A stretch of DNA of 62,120 nt from an uncultured bacterium (GTDB lineage Bacteria > Bacteroidota > Bacteroidia > Bacteroidales > CAIWKO01). Location: the NCBI GenBank assembly GCA_903862465.1, contig CAIOYH010000068.1:66280-128399 (forward strand). Direction: 5' to 3'. Made by a program: the position numbers and the translations under genes. Below the pieces are notes generated by a model, which made no database searches, was not told the DNA's origin, and was given only the letters and a program-made list of their open reading frames with translations. This document shows positions 1 through 9,947 of the stretch, in pieces; the first letter of the stretch is position 1, and every line of letters starts with the position of its first letter.

Positions 1-168
1 GTCCGGGTGCGCAGCAGCTCCGGTCGCTAAATTATGGGCATAAGCCGCTTTAAAAGCTTCCACTTCTGCCTTAAATTTTACATCATCCTCATAAACAGCA
101 GCTTCGTTTGTCAACACATAATCTACGGAGGCATACATTGTTTGGTCTGCCTGTTGTGGTCCTGTCAT
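1..168 (-). CDS. Hypothetical protein H1, N-terminal part only (runs off the left edge); predicted helical
   Basis: Not in the ORF track. ATG at 168 after an A-rich leader reads MTGPQQADQTMYASVDYVLTNEAAVYEDDVKFKAEVEAFKAAYAHNLATGAAAHPD with no stop to base 1; consensus promoter at 208-238. Confidence 0.65.
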   Translation of the reverse strand, partial: MTGPQQADQTMYASVDYVLTNEAAVYEDDVKFKAEVEAFKAAYAHNLATGAAAHPD

Positions 169-207
169 AATATTTTTTTTTAATGAATAACTTCTATTTT
201 GAAAATG

Positions 208-238
208 CAAAAATACTACTATTTTCATTATCTGCAAA
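208..238 (-). promoter_or_regulatory. Bacteroidota housekeeping promoter for H1
   Basis: Minus strand TTTG (238-235), 19-nt spacer, TATTTTTG (215-208): matches the -33/-7 consensus TTTG-N19-21-TAnnTTTG. Confidence 0.7.
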
Positions 239-342
239 AAAATATCAATAATTTTTTTAAAACATTTTTATTCATTCATAATCAACAACATATAACCATA
301 TTCCGTATGTAAAATAACTACTTTAATGCCAAATTCAACCCT

Positions 343-577
343 ATCAATGTACGTTTTATGACAATCAATGTACATAAAATGACGATCAATGTACGTTTTA
401 TGACAATCAATGTACGTTAGATGGCAATCAATGTACGTAAAATGGCGATCAATGTACGTAAAATGACGATCAATGTACGTAAAATGACGATCAATGTACG
501 TGAGATGACGATCAATGTACGTGAGACGACAATCAATGTACGTGAGATGACAATCAATGTACATTAAATGACGATCA
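343..577. repeat. Tandem array A1: 11 x 21 bp, consensus ATCAATGTACGTAAAATGACG
   Basis: ATCAATGTAC starts at 343, 364, 385 ... 553 (exact 21-bp steps), with a partial unit at 574; substitutions only. Confidence 0.97.
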
Positions 578-629
578 GTTTTCGTCTCTCATCACATAGA
601 AGTCAAAACTCGACTCCAAATAGACATTC

Positions 630-1271
630 TTAAAACTTCACAAAAAAAGCCAAAACCCCCAACACCACCAAAACGCCTCCTGTGATGAGGCGTTCGTGAT
701 GTTCGAGGAAATGGGAGTTTATGCGCTGTGTGCCTTTTATGCCTATATAGACTAGCACCAACATCAGCATGACGGTGGTTAGGGTATATACCGCCGAAAC
801 AATAAAGATGCCGTTCCAACCTATCAAACCGGCTTGAAAGTAATAGGCTTCGATTTCGATGCAGGGCGTCAAAAACATGGCTAGGCTCAAACTGCTGAGG
901 ATGGCAACCTTCGATTTGGTGTTGCTGCGGCTTTTGGGCATGCCGTGTTCGTGATGATGATGGTGGTGGTGATGGTTCGAGATAAAATTCACGATGATAT
1001 ACACCAAGCCTATTCCCACTAAAATGGCGGGCGCGATATAGGTCATGATTACGTTATAGCTGTCGGCGAGTTTGATGCCCACAAAGCCTACAATGATGCC
1101 AATTATCACGGTGCTCAGGGTATGCGCAAAGCCCGTGATGGCGGTGGCGCCCAAGGTTTCGCTCACAGTCCATTTCTCTGTTTTGCCAATGGCGATGAGC
1201 GGTATCCAATGGTTGGGAATGGAGGCATGTATCAAACTCAAGAGAAGACTGCCGATGAATATTTGCCACAT
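630..1271 (-). CDS. His-rich multi-pass membrane protein, nickel/cobalt transporter-like (HoxN/NixA/RcnA/UreH-like superfamily)
   Basis: About 6 hydrophobic segments; N-terminal HASIPNHW motif; HHHHHHHHEH loop; PCIE motif. Confidence 0.65.
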   Translation of the reverse strand: MWQIFIGSLLLSLIHASIPNHWIPLIAIGKTEKWTVSETLGATAITGFAHTLSTVIIGIIVGFVGIKLADSYNVIMTYIAPAILVGIGLVYIIVNFISNHHHHHHHHEHGMPKSRSNTKSKVAILSSLSLAMFLTPCIEIEAYYFQAGLIGWNGIFIVSAVYTLTTVMLMLVLVYIGIKGTQRINSHFLEHHERLITGGVLVVLGVLAFFVKF

Positions 1272-1295
1272 AATGTTGTGTTTTTTTGTTAATGA

Positions 1296-2273
1296 TTAAA
1301 GCGGTTTTTCCACCAAGAAATAAACTCCCGTGTTGATGACGCCTTCTTCTTTTATGTTGAAATTGCTTTGTTGAAACAGTTTGCGCCATCCTTTTGGGGA
1401 GGTCAACGATAAGCAAAATAGATTAAAGACCGAGAAAGTAGCAGCACTCGGAACAAAAACGACGAGCAAGAATTTGCCGCCCGGTTTCAACACTCTGTTG
1501 ATTTCTTTCAATCCGTCGAGTTTGTATTTGCCCAAATGGTCCATCATATAGGAGCTGATGGCAGCATCGAAGGTGGCGGTGGCGAACGAAATGTCGGTGA
1601 TGTCGCCTTGTTTGATTTCGACGCGGTCTTGGATGCCTGCAATTTTCACATTGCGTTCCAAGAGGGCTTTGCCTCCGTTTTCGATATAGTCGGAATCGAA
1701 ACGGTCGAAGGCAACGATGTGGCTGTTTTTCATCACTTTCGATAATTCGAGCGTGGTGCGTCCCGACCCGCAACCGGCATCGAGAATCAAATCGTTGTCG
1801 CCCGCAAACAAATCTACAAAAGGCAGGGTCATATAGGCGTCTCTCTTCGACTTCCGGAGCATATAATTCCCGGCAAACAAATTCAAGCTTATCAGAAAAA
1901 AGATTAAAGAAAGCCACACCAAGTTGGGATTGTAATAATATACCCATATAGTTGCCATCAAGAAAACACTGCCGATGAGCCAATAGATGTTCATCCATCC
2001 ATAGGACCATCCAAAATAGAGTTTGCCTTCGAGTTTGCGCATCTTGCGCTTTTCAAATAAATTGTATTTCAGTTTTTCGGGCGAGATAAAATACGCCGAG
2101 ATGAGCAGGGTGCACGCAATGATGATATGCGCTAATGCAAATAAAAATACCATGCCCGAGAAGACTTTCAATTGTGGCAGATGGATGTAAATCATCACTG
2201 CTACGATAATTCCTACCACGCCCATGATCCATGGATGACCATGACCTTTTCCTTTTTTTTCTGTTGTTTTCAT
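1296..2273 (-). CDS. Class I SAM-dependent methyltransferase with N-terminal transmembrane domain
   Basis: LDAGCGSGRT motif I, GDITDISF and LKPGGKF motifs; about 4 TM segments in the first 135 aa. Confidence 0.85.
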   Translation of the reverse strand: MKTTEKKGKGHGHPWIMGVVGIIVAVMIYIHLPQLKVFSGMVFLFALAHIIIACTLLISAYFISPEKLKYNLFEKRKMRKLEGKLYFGWSYGWMNIYWLIGSVFLMATIWVYYYNPNLVWLSLIFFLISLNLFAGNYMLRKSKRDAYMTLPFVDLFAGDNDLILDAGCGSGRTTLELSKVMKNSHIVAFDRFDSDYIENGGKALLERNVKIAGIQDRVEIKQGDITDISFATATFDAAISSYMMDHLGKYKLDGLKEINRVLKPGGKFLLVVFVPSAATFSVFNLFCLSLTSPKGWRKLFQQSNFNIKEEGVINTGVYFLVEKPL

Positions 2274-2337
2274 AAGTTTGTTTTTTTGGTTAAATCTCTT
2301 TGTGGCTTTGCAGCCGATTAGTAATTATGGTGAGATT

Positions 2338-3276
2338 TTAAGCCGGACGTATCGGAATCAGAATTTCGCGTTCTATGGTTTCGGATGGTTTGTGGGCAGG
2401 ATTTTCGGCATAAATTTCATAACCTACAATTTCTTTTATCGCATATCCGCTTTCGGGAATCCACCCATGACTGAAAAATGCAAGACTTTTTACCGTTGAA
2501 AACAAATTTCCCTGAAAGGCATAAGAGGCATAAAACCCATCGGGCACTTTCGTGAGACTTGCTTCGCGCGGCAATTTCTCCATGGCAGGAACCGTAATGC
2601 CCGCCCAATATCTGCATTTTTCAATTGAAGTGATAAAAGGAATATCCAACAACATGCCCACAAAGCGCGTTTCGGCGGTGAGCAATCCCCGCGGAGCCGC
2701 CCATTGGCATAGTTTGCGATAGGCAAGCGAAATGGCATCACTTTTATCTAAGCAGGTGCTTTGATATACCAAATCGAAGCCTTGCACTCTTTTTGTTGAA
2801 ATAATCACTTTATCGTTCCAATCCATGATTTCGTCCATTGAAAAATCTCGAATGCAAAGATCGTTGGTATTTATCAAAGAGGTTTTGCCATTCTTGCTAT
2901 TCGTTTTGCCTAAGTTGCGATATTGTTCGTTGGATAATTGTCTGTATTCTATAGCACTTACGTCAAAGAAGTTTTTGAAAGCACGCGAAAAGGTGGAAAG
3001 GGAGGTGAATCCGCTCCTATCGGCGAGGTCGGAAACGGGCACATCGGGAAAAACTCGCAAGTAATGCGCTATGCGTTCCAAGCGCAAACGGATGATATAT
3101 TGTTTGGGAGTTTCGCCCACAAAATGCGAAAACATGCGCTGAAAATGAAAGGGCGAATAATGGGCTACATCTGCCAATCGTTGCAAGGAAAGGTCACCTT
3201 CGAGGTTGATTTGAATATATTCCAACACTTTTCGGATATAGATTCCTGTGGCTTTGTCGTCTTCGGTGTGGTGCAT
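2338..3276 (-). CDS. AraC-family transcriptional regulator with C-terminal GyrI-like ligand-binding domain
   Basis: N-terminal double HTH (LSLQRLADVAHYSPFHFQRMF; SGFTSLSTFSRAFK); GyrI-like C-terminus (KCRYWAGITV, GYEIY). Confidence 0.9.
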   Translation of the reverse strand: MHHTEDDKATGIYIRKVLEYIQINLEGDLSLQRLADVAHYSPFHFQRMFSHFVGETPKQYIIRLRLERIAHYLRVFPDVPVSDLADRSGFTSLSTFSRAFKNFFDVSAIEYRQLSNEQYRNLGKTNSKNGKTSLINTNDLCIRDFSMDEIMDWNDKVIISTKRVQGFDLVYQSTCLDKSDAISLAYRKLCQWAAPRGLLTAETRFVGMLLDIPFITSIEKCRYWAGITVPAMEKLPREASLTKVPDGFYASYAFQGNLFSTVKSLAFFSHGWIPESGYAIKEIVGYEIYAENPAHKPSETIEREILIPIRPA

Positions 3277-3329
3277 GGATGTTGGTTTTTTGATGTTTGC
3301 TGTTACATTATATATATTGTATGATTACA

Positions 3330-4223
3330 TCATTTCTTCTTCGCATAAAATCCTTCGATGTTTTTCCAACGTTTGTGCGACCATAGCCAATATTGAGGGG
3401 CGCGCAAAATCGTTTTTTCCAAACATTCGATATAGGAATTCATGATAAACCCATATTCGCATTGCTGCGGATTGTCGGTGATTTTGATGAGATGGATTGT
3501 GTAGGTGCCTTTCTTTACGCGAATCATATCGGCATACACCACGGGGAAATTGTAGTCTTTGGCATATTTTTCGGCGCCATACATAAACTCGGTTTCTTTA
3601 TGAAGAAACATAACCGGAAAGCCTTTCTTGACGCCCCCGGGATATTGATCTGCCAAAAATAGACTAGCAGTGAGGTGGTCTTTATCTTTAGCAAACTCTT
3701 CTTTGATGTTGTTGGCATGGATGATTTTCATGCCTGTTTTGCTACGTTTGTTATTAATCAAAACATTCAACACGGCATTCGACAACGGTTTGCCAACGCC
3801 GATGGCTAAATGCGGAAACAACAAGTTGAGCGAATAAATCAACAATTCCCAATTGCCATAATGCGCCGACATGAAGATAACGCTTCTGTTTTCGGCGGCA
3901 TATTGTTCCATGATTTCGGGATTATCGCAGGATAGATGGCGCAACAGACCTTTTCTGCTTATGGTTAGATATTTTACGGTTTCCAAAAACATATCCGACA
4001 AATGCATATAGAATTGTTTCGCGATTTTGTGAGTATCCACCTCCGCGGGGAAGCTGCCTTTTAGGTTTTGCATCACCACCTTCTTGCGATAGCCAAACAC
4101 ATAATATAACATCACAAACATGAATTTCGAAACGCCATACAGCACCCACATCGGCAGCAGAGAAAACAACAGCAGCACGAAAAAAAGGAGATAATTTAGA
4201 CATTTAGAAATGAAAGTCATCAT
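3330..4223 (-). CDS. Lipid A late acyltransferase family protein (LpxL/HtrB-like)
   Basis: SAHYGNWE catalytic motif, FLADQ, QYWLWSHKRWK; N-terminal membrane anchor. Confidence 0.9.
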   Translation of the reverse strand: MMTFISKCLNYLLFFVLLLFSLLPMWVLYGVSKFMFVMLYYVFGYRKKVVMQNLKGSFPAEVDTHKIAKQFYMHLSDMFLETVKYLTISRKGLLRHLSCDNPEIMEQYAAENRSVIFMSAHYGNWELLIYSLNLLFPHLAIGVGKPLSNAVLNVLINNKRSKTGMKIIHANNIKEEFAKDKDHLTASLFLADQYPGGVKKGFPVMFLHKETEFMYGAEKYAKDYNFPVVYADMIRVKKGTYTIHLIKITDNPQQCEYGFIMNSYIECLEKTILRAPQYWLWSHKRWKNIEGFYAKKK

Positions 4224-4378
4224 GAGGGATGTTTATATTTATGATCTAAGAGTATTTTGCAAAGATAGGGAGATTTTTTTAATGGTTAAATTGTTCTATG
4301 GTTTTATTGTTGATTTGAAATATAGGTATGTTGGGAATGATTTTTATTCTTTAGTTCGTTATGAAAAGTCTTTCTTTT

Positions 4379-4470
4379 GGGACTAAAGTCCCTTAGAGTG
4401 TTTTTATTACTTGCCCTAGCCTTAAGGCTAGGGTAATTCAAAAACGTCTTGTTTGCCGGGCTTTAGCCCG
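4379..4470. repeat. Three-hairpin REP/REPIN-like extragenic element
   Basis: GGGAC-TAAA-GTCCC (4379-4392), central CCCTAGCC-TTAA-GGCTAGGG stem (within 4411-4436) and CGGGC-TTTA-GCCCG (4457-4470). The outer hairpins are near-inverted copies of each other. Confidence 0.7.
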
Positions 4471-4505
4471 AAATATATTCTTTATTTTTATTTTTCAAAG
4501 TGTAT

Positions 4506-4958
4506 TTATTCTTTATTTTTCGAATCCATGATGATAGTTACCGGACCGTCGTTAATCAAAGAAACTTGCATGTCGGCGCCAAATTCTCCTGTAACAACTT
4601 TTGCGGTGATTTTGCTTTGCAAAATTTTGATAAACGCCTCGTAAAGCGGAATAGCGATATCAGGTTTTGCTGCGCGAATATAGGAAGGACGATTGCCCTT
4701 TTTTGTGCTCGCATGAAGTGTAAATTGACTGATGAGCATCGCCTCACCGCCTATTTCATTCACCGAAAGATTCATCACACCCTGTTCATCAGCAAAAATA
4801 CGCAGATTGGCAATTTTTGCACACAACCATTCGCTGTCCTCATCCGTATCGGCATCTTCAATGCCTAATAAGATTAGGAGACCTTTGCTGATAACACGGG
4901 TTTCAGCATGATTGATAAGTACTGAGGCTTCAGATGCTCGTTGAATGACAATACGCAT
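4506..4958 (-). CDS. dtd: D-aminoacyl-tRNA deacylase
   Basis: MRIVIQR start (ATG 4958, preferred over 4991), SQFTL and NDGPVT motifs. Confidence 0.97.
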   Translation of the reverse strand: MRIVIQRASEASVLINHAETRVISKGLLILLGIEDADTDEDSEWLCAKIANLRIFADEQGVMNLSVNEIGGEAMLISQFTLHASTKKGNRPSYIRAAKPDIAIPLYEAFIKILQSKITAKVVTGEFGADMQVSLINDGPVTIIMDSKNKE

Positions 4959-4979
4959 AGTTGATTTATCTATATAAAA

Positions 4980-5036
4980 ACATAGACACATAAAATTCTT
5001 CTTAATAGAAAAACCTATGTGCCTATGTGTCTATGT
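4980..5036. repeat. Extragenic inverted repeat (13-bp arms) between fumC and dtd
   Basis: ACATAGACACATA (4980-4992) is the exact reverse complement of TATGTGTCTATGT (5024-5036); an extra CTATGTG half-copy lies beside it. Confidence 0.7.
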
Positions 5037-5048
5037 GGTAATAATACC

Positions 5049-6431
5049 TTATATCATCTTTTTAGGGTCAACCCATTGTGTAAATTGTTCGTCGGTCACC
5101 AAACCTAATTGTATGGCAGCTTGGCGCAATGTTAGATTTTCTTTATGTGCTTTTTTAGCTATTTTGGCTGCGTTTTCGTAACCGATATGTGGGTTGAGCG
5201 CTGTAACCAACATCAAGGAGTTTTCCAAATGGTGTTGAATGTTCACTTCGCGCGCTTCGATACCAATGGCACAATTATCGGTGAAGGACACACTCGCATC
5301 GCCAATCAAACGTGCTGCCATCAGCAAATTATAAATCATGACAGGTTTGAACACATTGAGTTGGAAATGTCCGTTCATGCCTCCGATGTTGATAGCGGCA
5401 TCGTTGCCAATCACCTGAGCACACACCATCGTCATGGCTTCGCATTGCGTTGGATTTACTTTGCCGGGCATGATAGACGAACCGGGTTCGTTTTCGGGCA
5501 ACAACAATTCGCCGATTCCGCAACGTGGACCTGAACCTAACAAACGGATGTCGTGGGCAATCTTCATCAAGCTGATGGCAACGGTTTTCAACGCGCCCGA
5601 GGTTTCAACAATAGCATCGTGAGCCGACAAGCCTTCGTATTTGTTCGGAGCTGTGATGAAAGGCAAACCTGTTAGCGTAGCAATATGTTTTGCCACCAAT
5701 TCGGAATATCCTTTTGGGGTATTGATACCTGTTCCCACAGCGGTGCCGCCTAAAGCGAGTTCTGATAAATGAGGCAGGGTGTTTTTGATGGCAATAATGC
5801 CATGGTCAATTTGAGAAACATAGCCTGAGAATTCCTGTCCTAAGGTAAGCGGCGTAGCATCCATCAAGTGGGTGCGTCCGATTTTTACGATGTGTTGAAA
5901 TTCTTCCGACTTCTGCGCAAGCACATTTCTGAGCATTTCTAAACCCGGAATGGTAGTTGTTACAATCATTTTATACGCCGCAACATTCATCGCCGTAGGA
6001 AATGTGTCGTTTGATGATTGTGATTTGTTCACATCATCGTTGGGATGGATAAATGTTTTTCCATCGCCTAAGGTTCCGCCGCGTAGTACTTCGGCGCGAT
6101 TAGCCACCACTTCGTTCACGTTCATATTACTTTGTGTACCCGAACCTGTTTGCCAAACCACCAAAGGAAACTCAGCATCCAATTTGGAATCGAGAATTTC
6201 ATCACATACTTTGGCAATCAATTCGCATTTTTCGGCAGAAAGCACGCCCAAGTCGCGGTTGGTGATGGCAGCCGCTTTTTTTAGAATAGCAAAGGCTTCG
6301 ATGATTTCTTTCGGCATCTGTTGTCCGCCGATTTTAAAATTATCTTTTGAACGCTGGGTTTGTGCGCCCCAATATTTTTCGGCTGGTACTTCAACCGCAC
6401 CCATGGTGTCATGTTCAATACGTATTTTCAT
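5049..6431 (-). CDS. fumC: Class II fumarate hydratase
   Basis: [16 protein letters not shown] signature, [22 protein letters not shown]. Confidence 0.98.
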   Translation of the reverse strand: MKIRIEHDTMGAVEVPAEKYWGAQTQRSKDNFKIGGQQMPKEIIEAFAILKKAAAITNRDLGVLSAEKCELIAKVCDEILDSKLDAEFPLVVWQTGSGTQSNMNVNEVVANRAEVLRGGTLGDGKTFIHPNDDVNKSQSSNDTFPTAMNVAAYKMIVTTTIPGLEMLRNVLAQKSEEFQHIVKIGRTHLMDATPLTLGQEFSGYVSQIDHGIIAIKNTLPHLSELALGGTAVGTGINTPKGYSELVAKHIATLTGLPFITAPNKYEGLSAHDAIVETSGALKTVAISLMKIAHDIRLLGSGPRCGIGELLLPENEPGSSIMPGKVNPTQCEAMTMVCAQVIGNDAAINIGGMNGHFQLNVFKPVMIYNLLMAARLIGDASVSFTDNCAIGIEAREVNIQHHLENSLMLVTALNPHIGYENAAKIAKKAHKENLTLRQAAIQLGLVTDEQFTQWVDPKKMI

Positions 6432-6576
6432 TTTTATAGATTTTTTTTTAGGTACAAACGTATGAATTTTTTCTCTATTACGATGAAAAAAATTGTACTA
6501 TTTTAATAAATATCAATTTTTTTATGTGTTTTTGACATGGATATGAAAAATTTTTAGTACTTTTACAAATAAAAAA

Positions 6577-8736
6577 ATGGCAAAAGAAAAATCATCCAAG
6601 GCTAAATCCAAAAACACCGGCACCACTTCGCTCGTGTTGAATGTTTTCTATAAACATCCTAGTGTGGCTTTGAATTATAAACAAGTATCGAAAGCACTCA
6701 ACATTAACGACAAAAGCGCCCGCGAACTTGTTATCAAACAACTTGATATTTTGGTCAGATGTAATAGTTTGATGGAAGACAAGCACGGCAAATACAAATT
6801 AAATCCCGAAAAGCATGCTTCCTATTTTCCGAAGAACACCTACGTGGTGGGCACGGTGGATATGAAATCAACAGGCAAAGCCTATATTATTTCGAGCGAG
6901 CTGACCGAAGATGCTTATGTGGCACCTTACAACACGAATCGTGCGCTGAATGGCGACACGGTGAAAATATTATTGTTGCCACGCCGCAGCGGCAAAAAAC
7001 CCGAAGGACAGGTGGTGGAAATCATCAAACGCGCCAAAGAGAAGTTTGTGGGCATATTGCAGGTGAGCAAATATTATTCGTTTTTGATTCCCGATAGTCA
7101 TAGTGTCAATGTAGAGATTTTTATTCCGAACGATAAAATCCTCACAGCGAAACATGGCGACAAAGTGTTGGTGAAAATCACCGAATGGCCCGACAATTCG
7201 AAAAATCCTTTTGGGGAAGTCATCAGTGTGTTGGGCAAGCCGGGCGAAAATCAGGTGGAAATGCAATCTATCATCGCTGAATATGGTTTTCCGTTGAAAT
7301 TTCCCGACAAGGTGGAAAAAGATGCGGCAAATATCCCCCTCACCATATCCAAAGAAGAAATAAAAACCCGTCGCGATTTCCGTCAAATTTTTACTATCAC
7401 AATTGATCCCGAAGATGCCAAAGACTTTGACGATGCCATTTCTTTACAAAAATTAGCCAACGGCAATTGGGAAGTGGGCATTCATATTGCCGATGTGTCG
7501 CATTATGTGAAAGAAAACACCGAGCTTGATCAGGAAGCTTATGAACGCGCCACATCTATTTATATGGCTGACCGCGTGGTGCCCATGTTGCCCGAAGTTT
7601 TGTCGAACAATGTATGTTCGTTGAAACCTCATGAAGACAAACTCTGTTTTTCGGCAGTTTTCGAAATGACCGATGGGGCGCAAATTGTGGGACAATGGTT
7701 CGGAAAAACCATCATCAACTCCAATCATCGTTTCAATTATGAAGAAGTGCAACTCATCATCGAAACGGGACAGGGACTGCATTGCGACGAAATTGCTACC
7801 TTCAATCGCCTGGCAGGCATTTTGCGTGAAAAACGTTTCGCCAACGGCTCTTTTGCTTTCGACACCGAGGAGGTGCGCTTCAAATTGGACGAAACAGGTA
7901 AACCGATCGAAGTTTTTATCAAGCAACAAAAAGATTCCAACAAATTGATTGAAGATTTCATGTTGTTGGCAAATCGCAAAGTGGCTGAATTGATTGGGCA
8001 TCCCGCCAACAACGCCATTCCGAAGACTTTTGTATATCGGATTCACGATAAACCTAACCCCGAAAAGCTGCATACGTTCACGCAATTTGTGGCGAAGTTG
8101 GGATATAAAATCAACGCAAAATCGAACAAAGCCATCGCCGATTCGTTCAACACCCTGTTCGAAAACATCAAAGGCAAAGGCGAAGAAAATATGATCAACC
8201 AACTCGCCATCCGCACCATGGCAAAGGCGGTTTATTCTACGGATAATATAGGTCATTATGGTTTGTCGTTTAAATATTATGCGCATTTCACCTCGCCCAT
8301 CCGTCGCTATCCCGATTTGATGGTGCATAGGTTGTTGGAGCGTTATATGCAAAATTTGCCTTCGGTGGATCAAGTCGTTTATGCCGAAAAATGCAAACAT
8401 TGTTCGGAGATGGAAAAATTGGCTGCCGACGCCGAACGCGCTTCTATCAAATATAAACAAGCTGAATTTATGCTCGACAAAATTGGACAGACGTTTCAAG
8501 GCAAAATCAGCGGGGTGAGCAAGTGGGGCATTTATGTGGAAATCATCGAAAACAAATGCGAAGGCATGGTGTCCATACGCGATATGGAAGACGATGCCTA
8601 TTATATAGATGAAGAAAACTACGTGGTGATTGGGCAATACAGCGGCAAACGTTATCGCTTGGGCGACACGGTGAAGATACGGGTGAAGAAAATCAGTTTG
8701 GCGAAAAAGCAGATTGATTATGTGTTGTTGAAATGA
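6577..8736 (+). CDS. rnr: Ribonuclease R
   Basis: TIDPEDAKDFDDA catalytic motif, HFTSPIRRYPDL, C-terminal S1 domain. Confidence 0.97.
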   Translation: MAKEKSSKAKSKNTGTTSLVLNVFYKHPSVALNYKQVSKALNINDKSARELVIKQLDILVRCNSLMEDKHGKYKLNPEKHASYFPKNTYVVGTVDMKSTGKAYIISSELTEDAYVAPYNTNRALNGDTVKILLLPRRSGKKPEGQVVEIIKRAKEKFVGILQVSKYYSFLIPDSHSVNVEIFIPNDKILTAKHGDKVLVKITEWPDNSKNPFGEVISVLGKPGENQVEMQSIIAEYGFPLKFPDKVEKDAANIPLTISKEEIKTRRDFRQIFTITIDPEDAKDFDDAISLQKLANGNWEVGIHIADVSHYVKENTELDQEAYERATSIYMADRVVPMLPEVLSNNVCSLKPHEDKLCFSAVFEMTDGAQIVGQWFGKTIINSNHRFNYEEVQLIIETGQGLHCDEIATFNRLAGILREKRFANGSFAFDTEEVRFKLDETGKPIEVFIKQQKDSNKLIEDFMLLANRKVAELIGHPANNAIPKTFVYRIHDKPNPEKLHTFTQFVAKLGYKINAKSNKAIADSFNTLFENIKGKGEENMINQLAIRTMAKAVYSTDNIGHYGLSFKYYAHFTSPIRRYPDLMVHRLLERYMQNLPSVDQVVYAEKCKHCSEMEKLAADAERASIKYKQAEFMLDKIGQTFQGKISGVSKWGIYVEIIENKCEGMVSIRDMEDDAYYIDEENYVVIGQYSGKRYRLGDTVKIRVKKISLAKKQIDYVLLK

Positions 8737-8751
8737 ACAAAAACCTGCATA

Positions 8752-9059
8752 CATATTGCAGGGGTATGACATAGTCATCCCACAAATGTAAAATCATATT
8801 GCAGGGGTATGACATAGTGTTCGCGGAAACCCGCGGACATATTGCAGGGGTATGACATAGTGCTCGCGGAAACCTGCGGACATATTGCAGGGGTATGACA
8901 TAGTGCTCGCGGAAACCCGCGGACATATTGCAGGGGTATGACATAGTGTTCGCGGAAACCCGCGGACATATTGCAGGGGTATGACATAGTGTTCGCGGAA
9001 ACCCGCGGACATATTGCAGGGGTACGACATAGTGTTCGCGGAAACTTGCGAGCATATTT
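8752..9059. repeat. Tandem array A2: 43-bp period, 24-nt arm CATATTGCAGGGGTATGACATAGT plus hairpin GTTCGCGGAAACCCGCGGA
   Basis: CATATT at 8752, 8795, 8838, 8881, 8924, 8967, 9010, 9053. Six near-identical units; the first unit keeps the arm but has a different 19-mer. Confidence 0.97.
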
Positions 9060-9266
9060 CTAAATTTGACAAAAAACCAAAAGCCGCATTTAGCGCCATT
9101 TTCAGAGCGGTCAAAATAAAAACAGTCACTTGAAGAACAATATTTATACATATATAAAAATTTGCATCTTTGTCCTAAATATTTGCTCGTTTACCAAGTT
9201 TTTTCTCATATTTGGCGTTATACATATTACGCATGCTCTTATTATTCATTAATAAATAAATGCCTT

Positions 9267-9863
9267 ATGAAAAAACTAATTTTCTTCGCAATTGTATCTT
9301 ATTTGGTATTCACTTCCTGCACTCACCATTGTGCAGATTTCAATGCCGACATCCTCAGTTGGATGCCCTATAAAGTGAACGACACCATTTCTTTAAAAAA
9401 GAACAATCAAATTATTAAATTTGTTGTCACCAACACATTTATCAACCACACAGATAAATATTCCAAATCCTCCATGCGCAAATGCGGAGAATGTGACAAT
9501 TATTTTGGACTTGAAGCGGGTGATGCTAACACCTATATTTATTATGAGTCCTTCAGTGACCAAGACATCTCCCAATTATCTTTCAAAATTAAAGATAATG
9601 ACATGTCGGCAAACACTTATGATGGATTGAAAAACAAAACGCTGTTAAGCTCCATAACTATTGATACTGTTACGTATCAGGATGTGTTAGTCCTGTCGGG
9701 CGATGCTATCCTGCCCAACAATATTTGGAAAGTAGTTCTTGCTAAAAACAAAGGAGTTGTTGCCGCATACTATGGCGATTCGATAATGATCACACAGAAA
9801 AACATGATTAAATCAACAAGTGTGGAGGACTATAATTTGGTGAATGTTGATAATTGCAAGTAG
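9267..9863 (+). CDS. Hypothetical lipoprotein
   Basis: MKKLIFFAIVSYLVFTSC signal with lipobox (ATG 9267 preferred over the longer ORF-track start). Confidence 0.75.
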   Translation: MKKLIFFAIVSYLVFTSCTHHCADFNADILSWMPYKVNDTISLKKNNQIIKFVVTNTFINHTDKYSKSSMRKCGECDNYFGLEAGDANTYIYYESFSDQDISQLSFKIKDNDMSANTYDGLKNKTLLSSITIDTVTYQDVLVLSGDAILPNNIWKVVLAKNKGVVAAYYGDSIMITQKNMIKSTSVEDYNLVNVDNCK

Positions 9864-9947
9864 TTAGAATAGAAAAATTAGCGTTCGGCTTGTTGTTATA
9901 ATTCCACACAAAAACAATTTAGCAATATAACATTAAACAATAATCCC

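Noticed and set aside
268-564. TYIDRHF heptad ORF over A1 as a real gene
   Set aside because: It is repeat-derived, with no promoter or family evidence; kept only as part of the array finding.
8752-9059. A2 as a CRISPR array (24-nt repeat + 19-nt spacer)
   Set aside because: Six of the seven spacers are near-identical, they are too short, and no cas genes or leader are present.
8693-9151. Three overlapping minus-strand ORFs over A2
   Set aside because: They are frame rotations of one 43-bp repeat, antisense to the rnr 3' end, with no protein-like features.
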